A stretch of DNA of 64,000 nucleotides from Squalus acanthias (taxonomy: Eukaryota), in NCBI GenBank assembly GCA_030390025.1, contig CM059432.1, forward strand, positions 25,236,001 to 25,300,000. The letters are read 5' to 3'. A program made the translations under genes and the position numbers. Every line of letters begins with the position of its first letter. Positions within the stretch are counted from its first letter, which is position 1. Below, piece by piece: positions 48,931-63,551 of the stretch. Below the pieces are notes generated by a model that saw nothing but the letters and a program-made list of their open reading frames with translations, was not told the origin of the DNA and made no database searches.

Positions 48931-49879
48931 TTTCTTTTCTTTTTTTACAATTAGGAGTTTATCTCTACTGTCTAATATCTAGTCTTGCAATAGCATGACT
49001 AAGAGCCATAACAATGAAAACCCTTTGTTATATGAACTGGATACTGTAATCTCATACATGCCTTCACGTGTGCTTCCCCAATCTCCTCAAAGGTGGACTG
49101 ATCAACTCTTTAGTGAAACAAGGACAAATGAGTGTACACCCTTCATTAGAACAATGGCTCTTTCGTGCTGATTCCACGATGCAGTGCCGACAGGAGGGAG
49201 CCGCTCACAAGGAGTGCCGGCCGAAATTATTGTAGCCCCATCATGTCTGACCTGCCCTCCCTGTCAGCATGACTTCTCTGCTGAGATCACAGCATCGCAG
49301 AATCGCCCTTACACCTAAATCCTCCCGACAAAGGCTCCACACCCAGCAAGTGTCGCCTGTCTTTTCTCCGTACAGAGCCTGACGGACCTACTGTGCTTTT
49401 CCAGCATTTTCCGAAGTAACAAAACAATTGCCAACCCACTGAGAAGTGTAGTGCTTGGAGTGTGTACAGGGACAATTTTCATTAAAAAGGAATGAGATGA
49501 TCAGCAAGAAAGTGGAGTTCAGGCCAGGAAAATAAGTAGAGCTATTGAGACCCATTGAAGGTACAGCAAACATACATCTCTCTAGCAACAGGGAAGCCGG
49601 AAGGGATTTTCTCCTGTGCGTATCTAAACTGATGTTAATGGTTACTCAGGCATTCAGAGTACATCCACTGAGTTGTTTTTGTACTGATATAAAAGAACTT
49701 GTTTGCTATATTGGTTTCCATGGCAATAATCGCATCACGGTACCATGCTGTAAGGTTCATTTTTTCATTATAACAAAAATGGATATAATTTTTGCTTTTG
49801 CAATGGAGCTTTAAGCTGTTTTTAATGTTGTGGGCTAGGGCTCCTGGAATGCCCTACCTGCGACAACAGCTCTCAGGAT

Positions 49880-52345
49880 CATAGAAACATAGAAACATAG
49901 AAGATAGGAGCAGGAGCAGGCCATTCAGCCCCTCGAGCCTGCTCCGCCATTCAATGAGATCATGGCTGATCATCCAAATTCAGTACCCTGTCCCTGCCTT
50001 CTCCCCATATCCCTTGATCCCTTTAGCTTTAAGAAATATATCTAACTCCTTCGCAAATATATTTAATGAAATGACCTCCACTGCCTTCTGTGGTAGAGAA
50101 TTCCACAGGTTCACCACTCTCTGGGTGAAGAAATTCCTCCTCATCTCAGTCCTAAATGGCTTACCCCTCATCCTTAGACTGTGACCCCTGGTTCTGGACT
50201 CCCCGGCAATCGGGAACATCCTTCCTGCATCTAGTCTGTCGAGTCCTGTTAGAATTTTATAAGTTTCAATGAGATCCACTCTCATTCTTCTAAACTCCAG
50301 CGAGTATAAGCCCAATTGATCCAATCTCTCCTCATACGTCATTCCTGCCATCCCAGGTATCAGCCTGGTGAATATTCGCTGCACTCCCTCCATGGCAAGA
50401 ACATCCTTCCTCAGATAAGGTGACCGAAACTGCACACAATATTCAAGATGTGGTCTCACCAAGGCCCTGTACAACTGTAGCAAGACATCCTTGTTCCTGT
50501 ACTCGAACCCTTTTGCTACGAAGGCCAACATAGCATTTGCCTTCTTAACCGCCTGCTGCACCTGCATGCTTACCTTCAGCGACTGGTGCACAAGGACACC
50601 CAGGTCTCGTTGCACTTCCCCTTCTCCCAATCTATTACCATTCAGATAATAATCTGCCTTCCTGTTTTTGACACCAAAGTGGATAACCTCGCATTTATCC
50701 ACATTATATTGCATCTGCCATGCTTCTGCCCAATCACCCAACCTGTCCAAATCATACTGGAGTTCCTCGGCATCCTCCTCATGGCACACACTCCCACCCA
50801 GCTTTGTGTCGTCTGCAAACTTGGAGATATTACATCCAATTCCCTCGTCTAGATCATTAATATATATTGTGAATAGCTGGGGTCCTAGGACCGATCCCTG
50901 CAGTACCCCACTAGTCACTGCCTGCCACTCGGAAAAGGACCCATTTATTCCAACTTTTTGCTTTCTGTCTGCCAACCAGTTCTCTATCCAAGTCAGTACC
51001 TTACCCCAATCCCATGTGCTTTAACTTTGCACGCTAATCTCTTATGCGGGACCTTATTGAAAGCCTTCTGAAAGTCCAAATACATCACATCCACTGGTTC
51101 TCCCTTATCTATTTTACCAGTTACATCCTCAAAAAATTCCAGTAGATTAGTCAAGCACGATTTACCTTTTGTAAATCCATGTTGACTTTGTCCGATTCTG
51201 TCACTGTTTTCCAAGTGCTCTGCTATTACATCTTTTATAATGGACTCTAGCATTTTCCCCACTACCGATGTCAGGCTTACCGGTCTATAATTCCCCGTTT
51301 TCTCTCTACCACCTTTTTTGAATAGTGGGGTAACATTAGCTACCCTCCAATCCATGGGTACTGTTCCAGAGTCTATAGAATTTTGGAAGATGACCAGCAA
51401 TGCATCTACTATTTCTAGGGCCACTTCCTTAAGTACCCTAGGATGTAGATTATCAGGCCCTGGGGATTTATCGGCCTTTAATCCTGTCAATTTCCCTAAC
51501 ACTATTTCCCTACAAATACTGATTTATTTCAGTTCCTCCCTCTCATTTATGTTCCCCGACATCTCTGGGAGGTTATTTGTGTCCTCCTTTGTGAAGACAG
51601 AACCAAAATATGTATTTAATTGGTCTGCCATTTCTTTGTTCCCCGTTATAAATTCCCCTGATTCTGACTACAAGGGACCTACGCTTGACTTCACCAATCT
51701 TTTTCTCTTCACATATCTATAAAAGTTTTTACAGTCAGTTTTTATGTTCCCTGCAAGCTTACTCTCATACTCTATTTTCCCCCTCTTAATTAATCCCTTT
51801 GTCCTTCTTTGCTGAATCCTATACTGCTCCCAATCCTCAGGTTTTCTGCTTTTTCTGGCCAATTTATATGTCTCTCCTTGGATCTTATACTATCCCTAAT
51901 TTCCTTTGTTAGCCACGGTTGAGTCACCTTTTTTGTTTTATATTTATGCCAAACTGGGATGAACAAATTCTGTAGTTCATTCATGCGATCTTTGAATGTT
52001 TGCCATTGTCTATCCACCGTCAACCCTTTGAGTGACATTCCCCAATCCATCCTAGCCAACTCGCGCCTCATACCATCGTAGTTTCCTTTATTTAAATTCA
52101 GGACCCTAGTCTCGGAGTCAACTACTTCACTCTCCATCTTAATGAAGAATTCTATCATATTATGATTGCTCTGACCCAAGGGGCCTCGCACAACAAGATT
52201 GCTAATTAATCCTTTCTCATTACATAATACCCAGTCTAAGATGGCCTGAGCTCTAGTTGGTTCCTCGACATATTGGTCCAGGAAACCATCCCGTATACAC
52301 TCCAGGAATTCCTCCTCCGCAGTATTGTTACTAATTTGATTAGCC
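49880..52345 (-). mobile_element. Relatively young CR1 LINE, 5'-truncated
   Basis: ORFs of 331, 169 and 232 aa with KSPGPD, NYRPVSLTS, QHGF, QGSVLGP and FADD motifs, with a (ttctatgt)n tail. Confidence 0.95.
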
Positions 52346-53164
52346 CAATCTATATGTACAGCATATATCCACAGCAATCCGGGTCCAAATATAGTCAGAA
52401 GCACAGAATTCCCGTTCTTTACATTGGCTCTAAAGTTCCATGGGTTTGGATTCCGGATGGGATCGAGCCCATCAGTGCCCTCCAACACTGACCCCCACCA
52501 GGATCTGTGGGGTCTGATCAGCCCCTGAACAAGGGTGCTGATTCATAGTTTTTTTTAAAATCCTCTTCGGGTCTAGGCCATTTGTTTTGCGAGCTCTTGA
52601 CCCTGGCCCTGCCCAACATTTTCCTTGTAAAGAGTGGATAGAAGCGCCGTTCTTTTCAAGTCAATATAGAAACTTGCAGAAATGGCGGAAACCAGATGTA
52701 ACTCCTCGTTCCATGGGGGTGACATCAGTCTCCCACCAGAATTACAAGGACCTCCAAGGAATTTTGTGACCACTGGTGGTGGGAGGGATTTGTCTTGGAC
52801 GGTATCATGAAACACGACTAACGAATGGGCAGGCGATTATACACTCCATCTGATTCAAAACATGATTCACTATCGCCTGTTTTATGCTACCACTGAAGAT
52901 GAAATTCACCTCCATTGTATCTTGCCGTTAGTTCCAGGTCTACTTTGATGTCAAATTGTTGAGCTAAAACTGATATTGGCAAAGGAGTGAGTAATTACCC
53001 AGAGATCAATCCCAGGCATTACATTTTCTTTTGTGTGTCTCCTTTGAAGACTCATCTTGGAGCTGTGTGTATCTTTTATTTCAATTTAAAAAGTAGCTCA
53101 ATGGGTAACTGCAATGTGTCTTGCTAGACAATAATAACATTGACTTGAATTTATTTAGTGCTGT

Positions 53165-54070
53165 TAAAAGAAATAAAGAAACAACTTGCATTTATATAGT
53201 ACCTTTAACAACCTCAGGACGTCACAAAGCGCTTCATAGTCAATGAAGTGAATGGATGTAGAGACCAGAATTGGAAGAATGCTGGACATGTGTTGACATA
53301 CAGGGCTGGATGAGGTTGAAATGGAGAAAAGAGGGAACTGTAGCTGAGGATGAGAATTCAAAATTCAAATGTGTGGGGGACAGGGATTCAATGGCGGGAG
53401 GAGAGTAGTAGGAGAACATGGGGCAGGATGTGAGTGACAAAGTTTTAGAGTTTATGTAGGGTGAAGCATGGGAGGCGTATGACTACTGCATTGGATAAGT
53501 CAGAGGTAATGAAAGCGTAGACGTTGGTTACATCAGCAATGGAGGTGGTTTTGGATGAAGGCGGATGATGTTGCTGAGGTGGAACTAGGCGGTCTTGGTG
53601 AATGAGTATGATAAAGGATTTGAAGCTGAGCTGAGGGTCAAATAGAACACGGAGGCTGCACATCATCGGTTGCAACCCGAGCGAGCCGCCAGAGAGAGGG
53701 ATGGAATCCGGAACAGGAGGCAGAGTTTTGGGATCGAGCCAAAGAGGTTGGATTCAGTCTTGCTGATATAATCTACATAATGTTCTGGTCGATCGATGAA
53801 TTTATGTCAGCACAATACTTGTGTGAGAATTTAAGGTTGGTGATGAAGTCGGTATCGGCAGCATGCTTTTAGAAGATGACCATCTGTCTATGGATGATGC
53901 CGATGAATGGAAGAATGTAAACTTGTATTGAAGGGGGCTGAAGATAGAACTTTGGAGCACATATCAAGGTGACCAGACAGGGGTAGAAGGAGAACCCATT
54001 ACAGGATATGTGCTGGCTACATTGGGAAAGGTAGGGAGCGAGGACACTGCCACAGAGGTAGACTGTGACA
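53165..54070 (-). mobile_element. SINE tail plus degenerate L2-like LINE
   Basis: LRVLFDPQLSF and YAFITS.L remnants, GA-rich L2-like composition. Confidence 0.55.
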
Positions 54071-54596
54071 AAAATGAGGCATTTTTTAATGTTTGTTAGA
54101 TTAATTATCAAATTCTTTCTTGCAAATCATAATGCACACCTATGTTGGCTCTAATTTTTATTTTAGGTGCGCGGTCCCTTTAAATTTGCTGTGCGCCATC
54201 TTTTCCGGCGTTACAGCTGGTGAGCGGCCTTCACGGGACCTCCCGATCGCTACGCGGCCACACAGCTTAGAAGGAACATTGATGCACACCATGCTGAAAT
54301 TGGTTACTACTGTTTCTGTGAGGTGCAGGAATATACAGTGTAATCTGGTAAGCAAAAGTCAAAAGCAAAAGCATCTGTGGTCTGTCCCTGTCAAACAAAA
54401 GGGGGCTTAATATGTTAATATCTGTGGAACGCAGTCATTGGTGCCAATATGTCCAGGGCTAATATTGTATGTAGCGAATTGCTGGGCTGCACCTTCAGAT
54501 CACATTAAATGGCCACCTAACAACTTTCAGATTGACTATCTTGTTTCATGGCCATTAGGTCAACCTATGTTGGGGAACTTCTTCACCCATGATGGT

Positions 54597-54820
54597 TAAA
54601 ATGTGAACTTGCTACCACAAGGAGTAGTTGCGATGAATAGCATAAATGCATTTAAGGGGAAGCTAGATAAACGCACGAGTGAGAAAGGAGTAGAAGAATA
54701 TACTGATAGGGCCAGATGAAGAGGGGTGGGAGGGGGCTTATGTGAAGCATTAACACTGGCATAGACCAGTTGGGCCAAATGGCCTGTTTCTATGCTGTCC
54801 ATTTTATATAATTCTATGTA
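54597..54820 (+). mobile_element. CR1 3' tail
   Basis: aatagcataaatgcatttaaggggaagctagata...gggccaaatggcctgtttct. Confidence 0.8.
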
Positions 54821-55714
54821 TGTTAAAGATTCTTGGCTGCAATAAGATTGCATGGTGTGGATACCAGGAATTATCGTGCTCGTACAAATGGCAATCAACA
54901 GTGCAAAATTCCATGACCCCTTTACAGTTCTGCAGGCCGTTAAGGCAGTGGCCCTGCTGATATGGGCCTACCATATGTAAAACTGCTGAACCCAGCCAGG
55001 AACAGGAATATTACTAGGGGTCTTTGTGGGATAGTAGTTTGATTGACAGTTGTGTCTGGGCATGGATCTGTAAGAGAGGAAGTGCCAATGATTCCTTGTA
55101 AACCCTGTGACAGACAGCTTTGTGCCCAGGAGTTCCAATTGTGGACTGATATTTAGCTGCTTACCCTTAGCTCAGTCGTCAGTCTGAAGCCATCAGAGGT
55201 CTTGGACTAGTCAGAAGCTATATGATAGCATCTTACCATGTAAAAAATAAGAAACCATATTAGAAGTATCAATTTTATGCTAATGATTAGTGCAGGAGAA
55301 ATATTTTTGTTGTTTTTGACACTTCAGGGAGGTTGGTAAAATTTATAATTGTTGTACATATGTTTGCACCAAATACTGCTCATTTTCCTGTTTAATGTTA
55401 CATAAATTTATCTTTTCCCATCTATTGAAGATTAGGAGATCACATGGAATCAAGTGATATACTCCAGAAAACTGCCAAGGGTACTCTGTTCTGCCCCTGT
55501 GTTTCACTACATGTACCTAGATATTGGACAGGTAAAAGCTCAGTCTGGTTCATAGGAGATATGAGGTCTGCTTAGAGCAGTGATACTGAACCCATGGGGA
55601 ACTCTAGCAAACAGAAGCCAAGCAGCAGCAGTGCCATGGCTGTGAGCCATGGAGGTGAACCACGCAAGAGTGACAGTGGCAGAGGATGGAGTGATAGATC
55701 TTGTTGCAGAGAAT

Positions 55715-56512
55715 TACATAGAATTACGTAGAATATACAGCACAGAAGTCATTTGGCCCAACAGTCCATGTTGGCGTTTATGCTCCACTCGAGCCTTCTC
55801 CCATCCTTCCTCATCTAACTCTATCAGCATAACCCTCTATCCCTTCTCCCTCATATGCTTATCTAGTTTCCCCTTAAATGCATCTATATTATTCGCCTCA
55901 ACTACTCCCTGTGGTAGCGAGTTCTACATTCTCACCACTCTCTGGGTAAAGAAGTTTCTTATGAATTCCCCATTTGATTTCTTGGTTACTATTTTATGTT
56001 GTTGGCCTCTAGTTCTGCTCTTCCCCACAAGTGGAAACACTCTCTCTGTATCTACTCTTTCAAAACTTTTCATACATTTTAAAGATCTCTATTAGGTCAC
56101 CCCTCAGCCTTCTCTTTTCAAGAGAAAAGAGACCCAGCCTGTTCAACCTTTCCTGATAGGTATAACCTCACAGTTCTGGTATAATCCTTGTACATTTTTA
56201 AACCCTCTCCAGTGCCTCTATATTATTTTTATAATATGGCGGCCAGAACTGTACACAGTGTGGTCTAACCAAGGTTCGATACAAGTTTAGCATAACCTCT
56301 CTACTTTTCAACTCAATCCCTCTAGAAATAAACCCGAGTGCTTGGTTTGCTTGTTTTAGTGGCATTATTAACCTGCATCACTACTTTTAGTGATTTGCAT
56401 ATTTGTACTCCCAGATCCCTTTGCTCCTCTACCCCATTGAGATTCTTATTTTTGAAGTAATATGCGACCTCCTTATTCTTCTTAACAAAATGTAATACCT
56501 CACACTTATCTA
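55715..56512 (-). mobile_element. CR1 3' fragment
   Basis: NIDKCEVLHF...QRDLGV, CR1 3' UTR. Confidence 0.85.
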
Positions 56513-57755
56513 TGTTGCTAGACGTCAAGGAGGGATAGTGCACCACGGCCCCAGTCACAAATGGTATGTGCTGAGTTATTTGATCTCAGCCAGGGCAAGG
56601 GCGGGGATGCTGGAAGGGCCTCGATTTCCCCAAACCGAGGTGGAAATCACTCATGGTTCTCACTCCTAGTTGCTGTCTAGTGAGCATTGCTGCTGTATAG
56701 ATGTTTGTTATGGGTATAAGGATGAAGACCCCCTCACTTCAGTTCAGTTTCATGCGGACACTCACTTTCAAGGCTCGCACATGAAGAAAGGCTATTTAGG
56801 TGAGCTACCAGAGGGTTAACAACTTAAATAGAAGTATACTCCAGTGCAAGTCAGAATTTTGAAAGAAGAAAAAAATGGTATGAAAACTTTAGTGGTGCTT
56901 TAGGGTAGGAGCAAGCATTAGGAACAGATAGTACCTAACCCAAGCTCAGCCCAGCTATTTTTCTTTTTCCAGCATCCGCAGTATTTTGCTTTTGTATTTT
57001 CAGTTTTTTATTGTAAGTGCTCCAATTTCAAACTACTCACACAGACCTGTGTGTCCTCCTTTTCAGCAGCTACATAGTGGAGCCGTGTACCGGGGGAGGG
57101 GAACAAGGGTTGAGGTCAGCCAAGACTATCCCCCAGTGCCCAAACTCTTCCTATTACTGGTATCAGTGTGCTCAAACCAATGTCAGACCGTGTTTTTCTT
57201 ACTCTCTCTTTCTCTGTTCTATTTTAGTCTCTACCACTGTACAAGGCACAAATTAACAAGTCTCAAGTGGGACTGGAGTTTAGGAAGAAGTTTTCTTTCC
57301 CAATAGAGTCGAGCATATGTGGAACAGCCTCCCTTAAAAACACTTCATGCAATTAACTCCTTCAGAAAAGAGACTCTTTGGTTGCTGTGCTGTTGAGGCC
57401 CAGAAGCTTTGGCTGTAGATGAATTTTTCTTTTATCTTTAAGGATCTGGGAGTATTTGTCAAGAACCTTCCCCCAGGAAGTTAAAGCTTAGAACTTGCTA
57501 TTGGTGTTAACACGATCATGCAACATTCTTCTGTTCACTACTTTAAAGCGGTAATTGTAAATGGGTTAACACCTCTGCTAAAAGAGCAGACAGAATGGTT
57601 AGAGGAGCATCACATGAGCACATAAATGTCTGCCCAGTCATATCAGAAAGTTCTAGGCTTAAATGGCTTGGGTGGAGTCCATGATAGGTTACAGTGGCCA
57701 TGATAGGTTACAGTGCACACAGTCTGTACAAGGTGCGGTCTTGATGGGTGATATC

Positions 57756-58377
57756 GGCGTAGAAATTAGTTTGGGCTGTTTTCGGGCCCAGGTGTGGTGA
57801 TGAGTGAGCAGCATGCGCTCCAACAGTGAGACCCAAGGCCATCTCGAAATTGGGCCTTAGGCCTCATCTACATCTTCGGGACAAGCTGGCGGCACTGGCC
57901 GCTCCTCCACAGGCTGCTCGCCCCATGAGAAACATCAATTTTGGGCCACCAGCAGCGACCCTCAGGTCGGATCGGACAATGAGGAGGCCAATTGTAATGA
58001 CTGTGGAGTCGGGGGAAACACTCCTGCTCCTCCTGGCTCCAAGGAAAGATTTTTTTTAAATATTAAAAAAAAACCTACCTGGAGTTGACGTCACGAGGTC
58101 CGCTAAAGGATCCTGAGCCATGCAGGTCCGACACCGGCCTCACTCATCAGGAAAAAAATGAATAAAGGGGTCCTTCACCAGGTGTTAGGCCCCTCATTAA
58201 AAAACTTAGGGGGCCTAACGCCCGTTTAGGGCGTCCATCCGGGATGTAAGAAATATGGTCCCCACGATTTAGCAGTGAAATGCAGATTGGGCGTAGGCTG
58301 ACGCACTGCTAAATCGGTATGTTTTGTACCCATTTAACACCCGAAAAACAGGTGCAATGTATTCAAATTTCTACCCC
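57756..58377. mobile_element. Harbinger-type MITE
   Basis: Ends ggcgtagaaatt / aatttctacccc, flanks atc/ata. Confidence 0.65.
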
Positions 58378-58814
58378 ATATTATTTTCTTATTTGTTATA
58401 GCTTGATATAAAATGGGAATCAAATTGCAGATCTTGCTGAGAAGCCCAAGGATTTTTTTTGCAATGGTTATATTTTCCTTTTATTTCTTGGAATTTATTT
58501 TTTAATTTTCTCATCTTTTCCCAAATTCTTCCTCTGTTAGTCCATCCTACCCCGTTAACTTGGTGCCGGACAGTCCGGCTACTGCCATGCTGTAACCAAC
58601 ATTAGAAGCTGCACGAGGCGGGTGGTCCAGGGCTTCTAGTTTTATTGCCAATATTTTGGGTGTACATGCAACCTCTGCTCTGTTAATTTCACAACAGGGT
58701 GGAAATCAGCAACATGTCAGAGGGAAACTGTAAGCCCAAATACATCCCCTACCTCTCTGTGGTAACGATAATTTCAGTTTAGCCCTCTTCTAAAAATTAA
58801 AAGGTGTCAAACTT

Positions 58815-59245
58815 GCCTCTGAATCAGAAGGTTGAGGACTCAAGTCCCATTCCAAAGACTTGAGACCATGATCTAGGCTGACACTCCAGTGCAGTAATGA
58901 GGGAAGGCTACACTGTTGGAGGTGCTGCCTTTTTGGATGAGACGTTAAACTGAGGTCTGCTCACTCAGGTGAACGTAAAAGGTCCCATGACACAATTCGA
59001 ATAAGAGCAGGGGAGTTTTCCCTGGTGTCCTGGCCAACATTTATCCCTCAACCAACATCACTAAAACAGATTATTTGGTTGTTATCACATTGCTGTTTGT
59101 GGGACCTTGCTGTTCAAATTGGCTGCCTTGTTTCCTACATTAAATCAGTGACTACACTTCAAAAGTATTTAATTGGTTGTAAAGTGCTTTGGGGGGCTCC
59201 TGAGTTCATGAAAAGTGATATATTAATGCAAGTTCTTCTTTTCTT
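58815..59245 (+). mobile_element. Deu-domain SINE
   Basis: Matches the other copies along its length. Confidence 0.82.
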
Positions 59246-59271
59246 TTAAAATAAAATATGGACTTGGCCAA

Positions 59272-59765
59272 TCTTCTTCTTCCTCGGCAGTCCCTCGGAA
59301 CCGAGGATGACTTGCTTCCACATTAAAAATGAGTTCTCAGGTGACTGATGAGTCCAATGCGGGACCTACAGTCTCTGTCACAGGTGGGACAGATGGTGGT
59401 TGAAGGGGTGGGTGGGTGGGGTGCTTGGGTTGACGTGTGCTCCTTCCGCTGTTTGCGCTTGGCTTCCGCTTACTCCCGGCGAAGAGACTCGAGGTGTTCG
59501 GCACCTTCCCGGATGCTTCTCCTCCACTTTGTGCAGTCTTGGGCCAGGGATTCCCAGGTGTCGGTGGGGATGTTACACTTTTTCAAGGAGGCTTTGAGGG
59601 TATCCTTGAAGCGTTTCCTCTGCCCACCTGGGGCTCTCTTGCCGTGTCGGAGCTCAGAGTGGAGCACTTGTTTTGGGAGTCTCGCATCGGGCATGCGGAC
59701 GATATGACCCGTCCATCAGAGCTGATCGAGCATGGTCAAAGCTTCGATGCTGGGGATGCGGACTT
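59272..59765 (-). mobile_element. RTE-clade LINE 3' fragment
   Basis: MPDARLPKQVLHSELRHGKRAPGGQRKRFKDTLKASLK, with a (GAA)n tail. Confidence 0.88.
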
Positions 59766-62700
59766 GGCCAATATCACAGTGGATAATTACACTGGTCTAT
59801 GGATCTGTGGAACTAATCCACACAGTTTAAGAAGATCTGATATTCAATCCTCAATCTGTGCAGAATTAGTTTATCTCAATCAGGGCACTGATTCCACAAT
59901 TGGCCTTGGACTTCAGAATGCAAAATTTGGCCAGGAATCCCATTCTTGATAGCTATCTGCTGGGAAGTGGGAGAGATCAGGTCATTGTTTTTATGCAAAG
60001 GATTATTATGGAATGAAATGCTCTACCAGAAACAGCAGAATTCCTAATAGCTTTTACAAAGGAAGTAGATAAACATTTGAAAAAGAAAAAAAAAAGGAAC
60101 AGATTATGGGAGAAAGGCAAGGAAATGGGTTTGACTAGCACTCACAGCCGTTGTTTACACGTGAATAGTTATTTGGATAAAGTCCTGGAGGCTTTTGCCA
60201 CTTCTGGGGCCAGAATAGAACCTGAGGTGAGAAACGGAAAGAGGAAAGGGAAAATTGAGATGAATGAAAAGAAGGCAGTTGCTCATGAATTGCTCAGTGA
60301 CTGTAGCACTTGTGTAACATGCTACATTAATAGAGCAGATACAACAATGAATCCTCCTGTCAGAAATACTCCATCTTCCCATGTTTCTTAATATTGAATA
60401 TTTTCATATTCCCCATATTAAATCCTATGAATTGAGCATAGTTGACTGTGCCTCATATGTTGTTCAGAGAAAGATAAAATCACTTAAAGCCACATTCTTA
60501 TATACAGCCTCAACCACACAACATTCACATTCATTTGTTACTCCCCTGTGCTGGCAATGCGAGAGTGCAATTAAAGGCTGCGTCCCATTTTTGATGTACA
60601 TGTCTGTGTGCCAGTCAATGCACTGTATGGCTCTGGGCAGTGGCTTGCTTTTTTCGACTTGGCAGTGCAAAGCACAAGTAAATATTAATCACCTTGTTAA
60701 TGTGTATGTCTGGCACGCTCTGATTCCATCAGTGCCTTGGACTGTAAAGGCGAAAACCGCACTTAATGAACAGGGACAGTCACTACCTGTTGAACTGCGC
60801 TCCAGCAAGAGTCAGCACCTTCAGGAGAGAGGAGACAAGGGAAGGGGATAGAGCAGAGATTTATATTTGATTCATGGAAAAAGCAGAGTGAGCTGCACAA
60901 ACAGAAACATAGCCTAGCGTCACCTGGAGAGCACTTGCTTCAGCTTTAGTGTAGTTTTGGGCCAAAGCAAGAATTATAAAGATTATTAATTAGGTATTTT
61001 CACTTCCAAGAATTATGGCCTATAAAATCGATGGTGTCGTGCCATTCTTACAGAGCTAAACAGGCACCAAGCCTCCAAATGGCAGGCAGGAAGTGAGCGC
61101 TCATTACAAGCCAAAGGTGTATCGCCCACTCTATTGGTATACACAAAGAAAAAATAGGCATTAGGCCCTTTGCATATGCAGAAGCTGAACTCACAGTGGC
61201 TGAATTTCTGGTGCCAGCAACTTTTTGGGGCTGAGGAAGGGGGAGAAGAAGGACAATGGTGGCAGCAGCAGCATCAGCCTTTGCACAAGAGGAGGAGGTA
61301 AGCTCGTGGTGGATAAGGGCCTGCTCGGATAGGACAATTAGCCATTCCAGCCATGTTATGGGGAGAGTCCCTCGTTTCTATAAATTGGGGGCCTTAATGA
61401 ACCTTGTGCATAGTTTATGTGAAGGGTTTCAGCATGCTAAGTGCTTGCTTACTGTCTGCATTTGGGTGCGTTGAGTACCCCGGGCACATTTAAGGCCTAG
61501 GGCATCTGGCCTGATAATGCAGGTGCCCATCTTCAATTGATCAGCCGCTAATAGTCAGGTGCCATTTTCATTTTAAATTTGTGTCTTCTTAGGAAATGGA
61601 AACTTCAAACTACTATTTCCATGAAAAGTATTCCTTGTGGCTGGGCTGCCTGGTAGCCACAACTGGGAACCTCATTCCTGCGGCATTTTCTCACCTCAGG
61701 CGGTTGGTTTGTCCAATCTGGGCAGATTTATCAGATGAAGGGTGGGTCATTATTATTTTATTTTTGCTTTATATTTATTTTTCCCTTCCTCTACTGGGGT
61801 ATGGTACAATTAGCACTGGCACCTCTTGCTACCTCACAGGATTCTCCCTCCCACACCCCACCCACCCCATGGCGCTTCCAGCCAGAGTCACTGGCAAGCA
61901 ATCAGAAGCATGAACTCTGCCAGATATTTCTTTCAAAAGTGAGGTCAATGATAAAGCATCCCTACCACCATCCTGGCTAAGATCGGATAACTTGGCAGAT
62001 ACTGGGAATCAAATCTAGGATACTCCTGTTCTCTATCACTCAGTACCACACTAGGCAGTACATTTACCAATGGAGTCACGGGTAGCTCTGATGTTCCATC
62101 TTCTCAGCTACCCCTACTGATAGGTTGACAGGAAACAGAATTAACGACCAAACACAGAAGAAGATCTTTAGGCCATTTTTGCCTGCACTTAATTTAAACC
62201 CCTCCCTGAGGCCGATTTTACACAGGCCCACTTTCCTGCACTCTATAGACGATTTCCAGTGACATCAATTTGTTGTTAGTGCTGGACAGATGGCATAAAA
62301 GTAATTATCTCCTCAAAAATGTTTCTACCACTCATTTCTTCATCTCCGGAGAGCTGGGCATTGCCATTTGTTACTACTAAAGACGCGTCTACAGCGAGTT
62401 TCCTTTGATCTCTCTAAAGAGTTCTTTGTCACATCAGTTTATTCAAACAGTAAAGACAAATGAAGTAATGCAATAAATAAATAATAAACTGTAAAATGTT
62501 TTAAAAGCACTCACAGAAATATTTTGTGTTCAGTTGGGATTCCTTCATGGTATCATGACTTACACGAGCCCAGAATGGATCAGCAAAGGCACTCTAGGCC
62601 TACTGAGCTGACATGAGGAGTGTTGTAGGTTTAAAAGTAAAAACAGGGCTGTTTAAAAACAGAGGCACAAGTACTTAGTTGATTCAAAAATAAAATAAGT

Positions 62701-62849
62701 GGTGAGCTTCCCAGTAGCTCTGCTGGTTAAAGGCAGTGAAGAGCTGAGCTACACAACCAAGAAAGTCCTGTGTTTGATCCCAGGCCTCTGCTGAGTTAGC
62801 TGCAGCAGCAGCAGCCTACTTTCCCTTGCTGTGTGTGTCTCGAATTACC

Positions 62850-63215
62850 AAAGAGGAAAAGGCCTTTAAAATTATGAAAGCTTTTGATAGAGTAGATACA
62901 GAGAGAGTGTTTCCACTTGTGAGGAAAAGCATAACTAGAGGCCATCAATATAAGATAGCCACCAAGAAATCAATAGAGAATTCAGAAGAAACTTCTTTAC
63001 TCAGAGAGTGGTGAGAATGTGGAACTCGCTGCCACAGGGAATAGTTGAGGCAAATAGTATAGATGCATTTAAGGGGAGGCTAGATAAGCATATGAGGGAG
63101 AAGGGAACAGAGGGTTATGCTGATAGAGTTAGATGAGGAAGGATGGGAGAAGCCTCGAGTCGCGCATGGACTGGTTGGGCCGAATGGCCTGTTTCTGTGC
63201 TGTATATCCTATGTA
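62850..63215 (+). mobile_element. CR1 3' fragment
   Basis: FKIMKAFDRVD...TRGHQYKI, CR1 3' UTR. Confidence 0.85.
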
Positions 63216-63551
63216 AAAGAAGCGCAGACAGAAGAAAGAATGTCCGTCTGCTAAGACTACACCCTCAACTTTCCCATGTCAGTTTTGCAGTAAAATATGT
63301 CTACTGTGATTGGTTTACAAAGCCATCTAAATGTCCATCAAAGATGCGGCCAATCTTGTTTTTAAACTGAGAAACAATCATTCTCGATTATCTAGGGATT
63401 GACAAGACTGTGTCTGGGTTAGAGAGGAGAAAATCTGAAAAATTCCTCCCGCTTTAACTATCCAACATCCCGTGCTGCAATCATCCATGTGTGGACATCG
63501 GGCAAGAATAGGATTGCGCTCAGCTGTGATATACCTGTGGTTAGTTAAGGG

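Noticed and set aside
54166..55531. Two plus-strand exon-like segments (~54167-54219, ~55431-55531)
   Set aside because: No recognisable protein and no consistent gene model.
57679..57716. 19-bp tandem duplication
   Set aside because: Ordinary local slippage.
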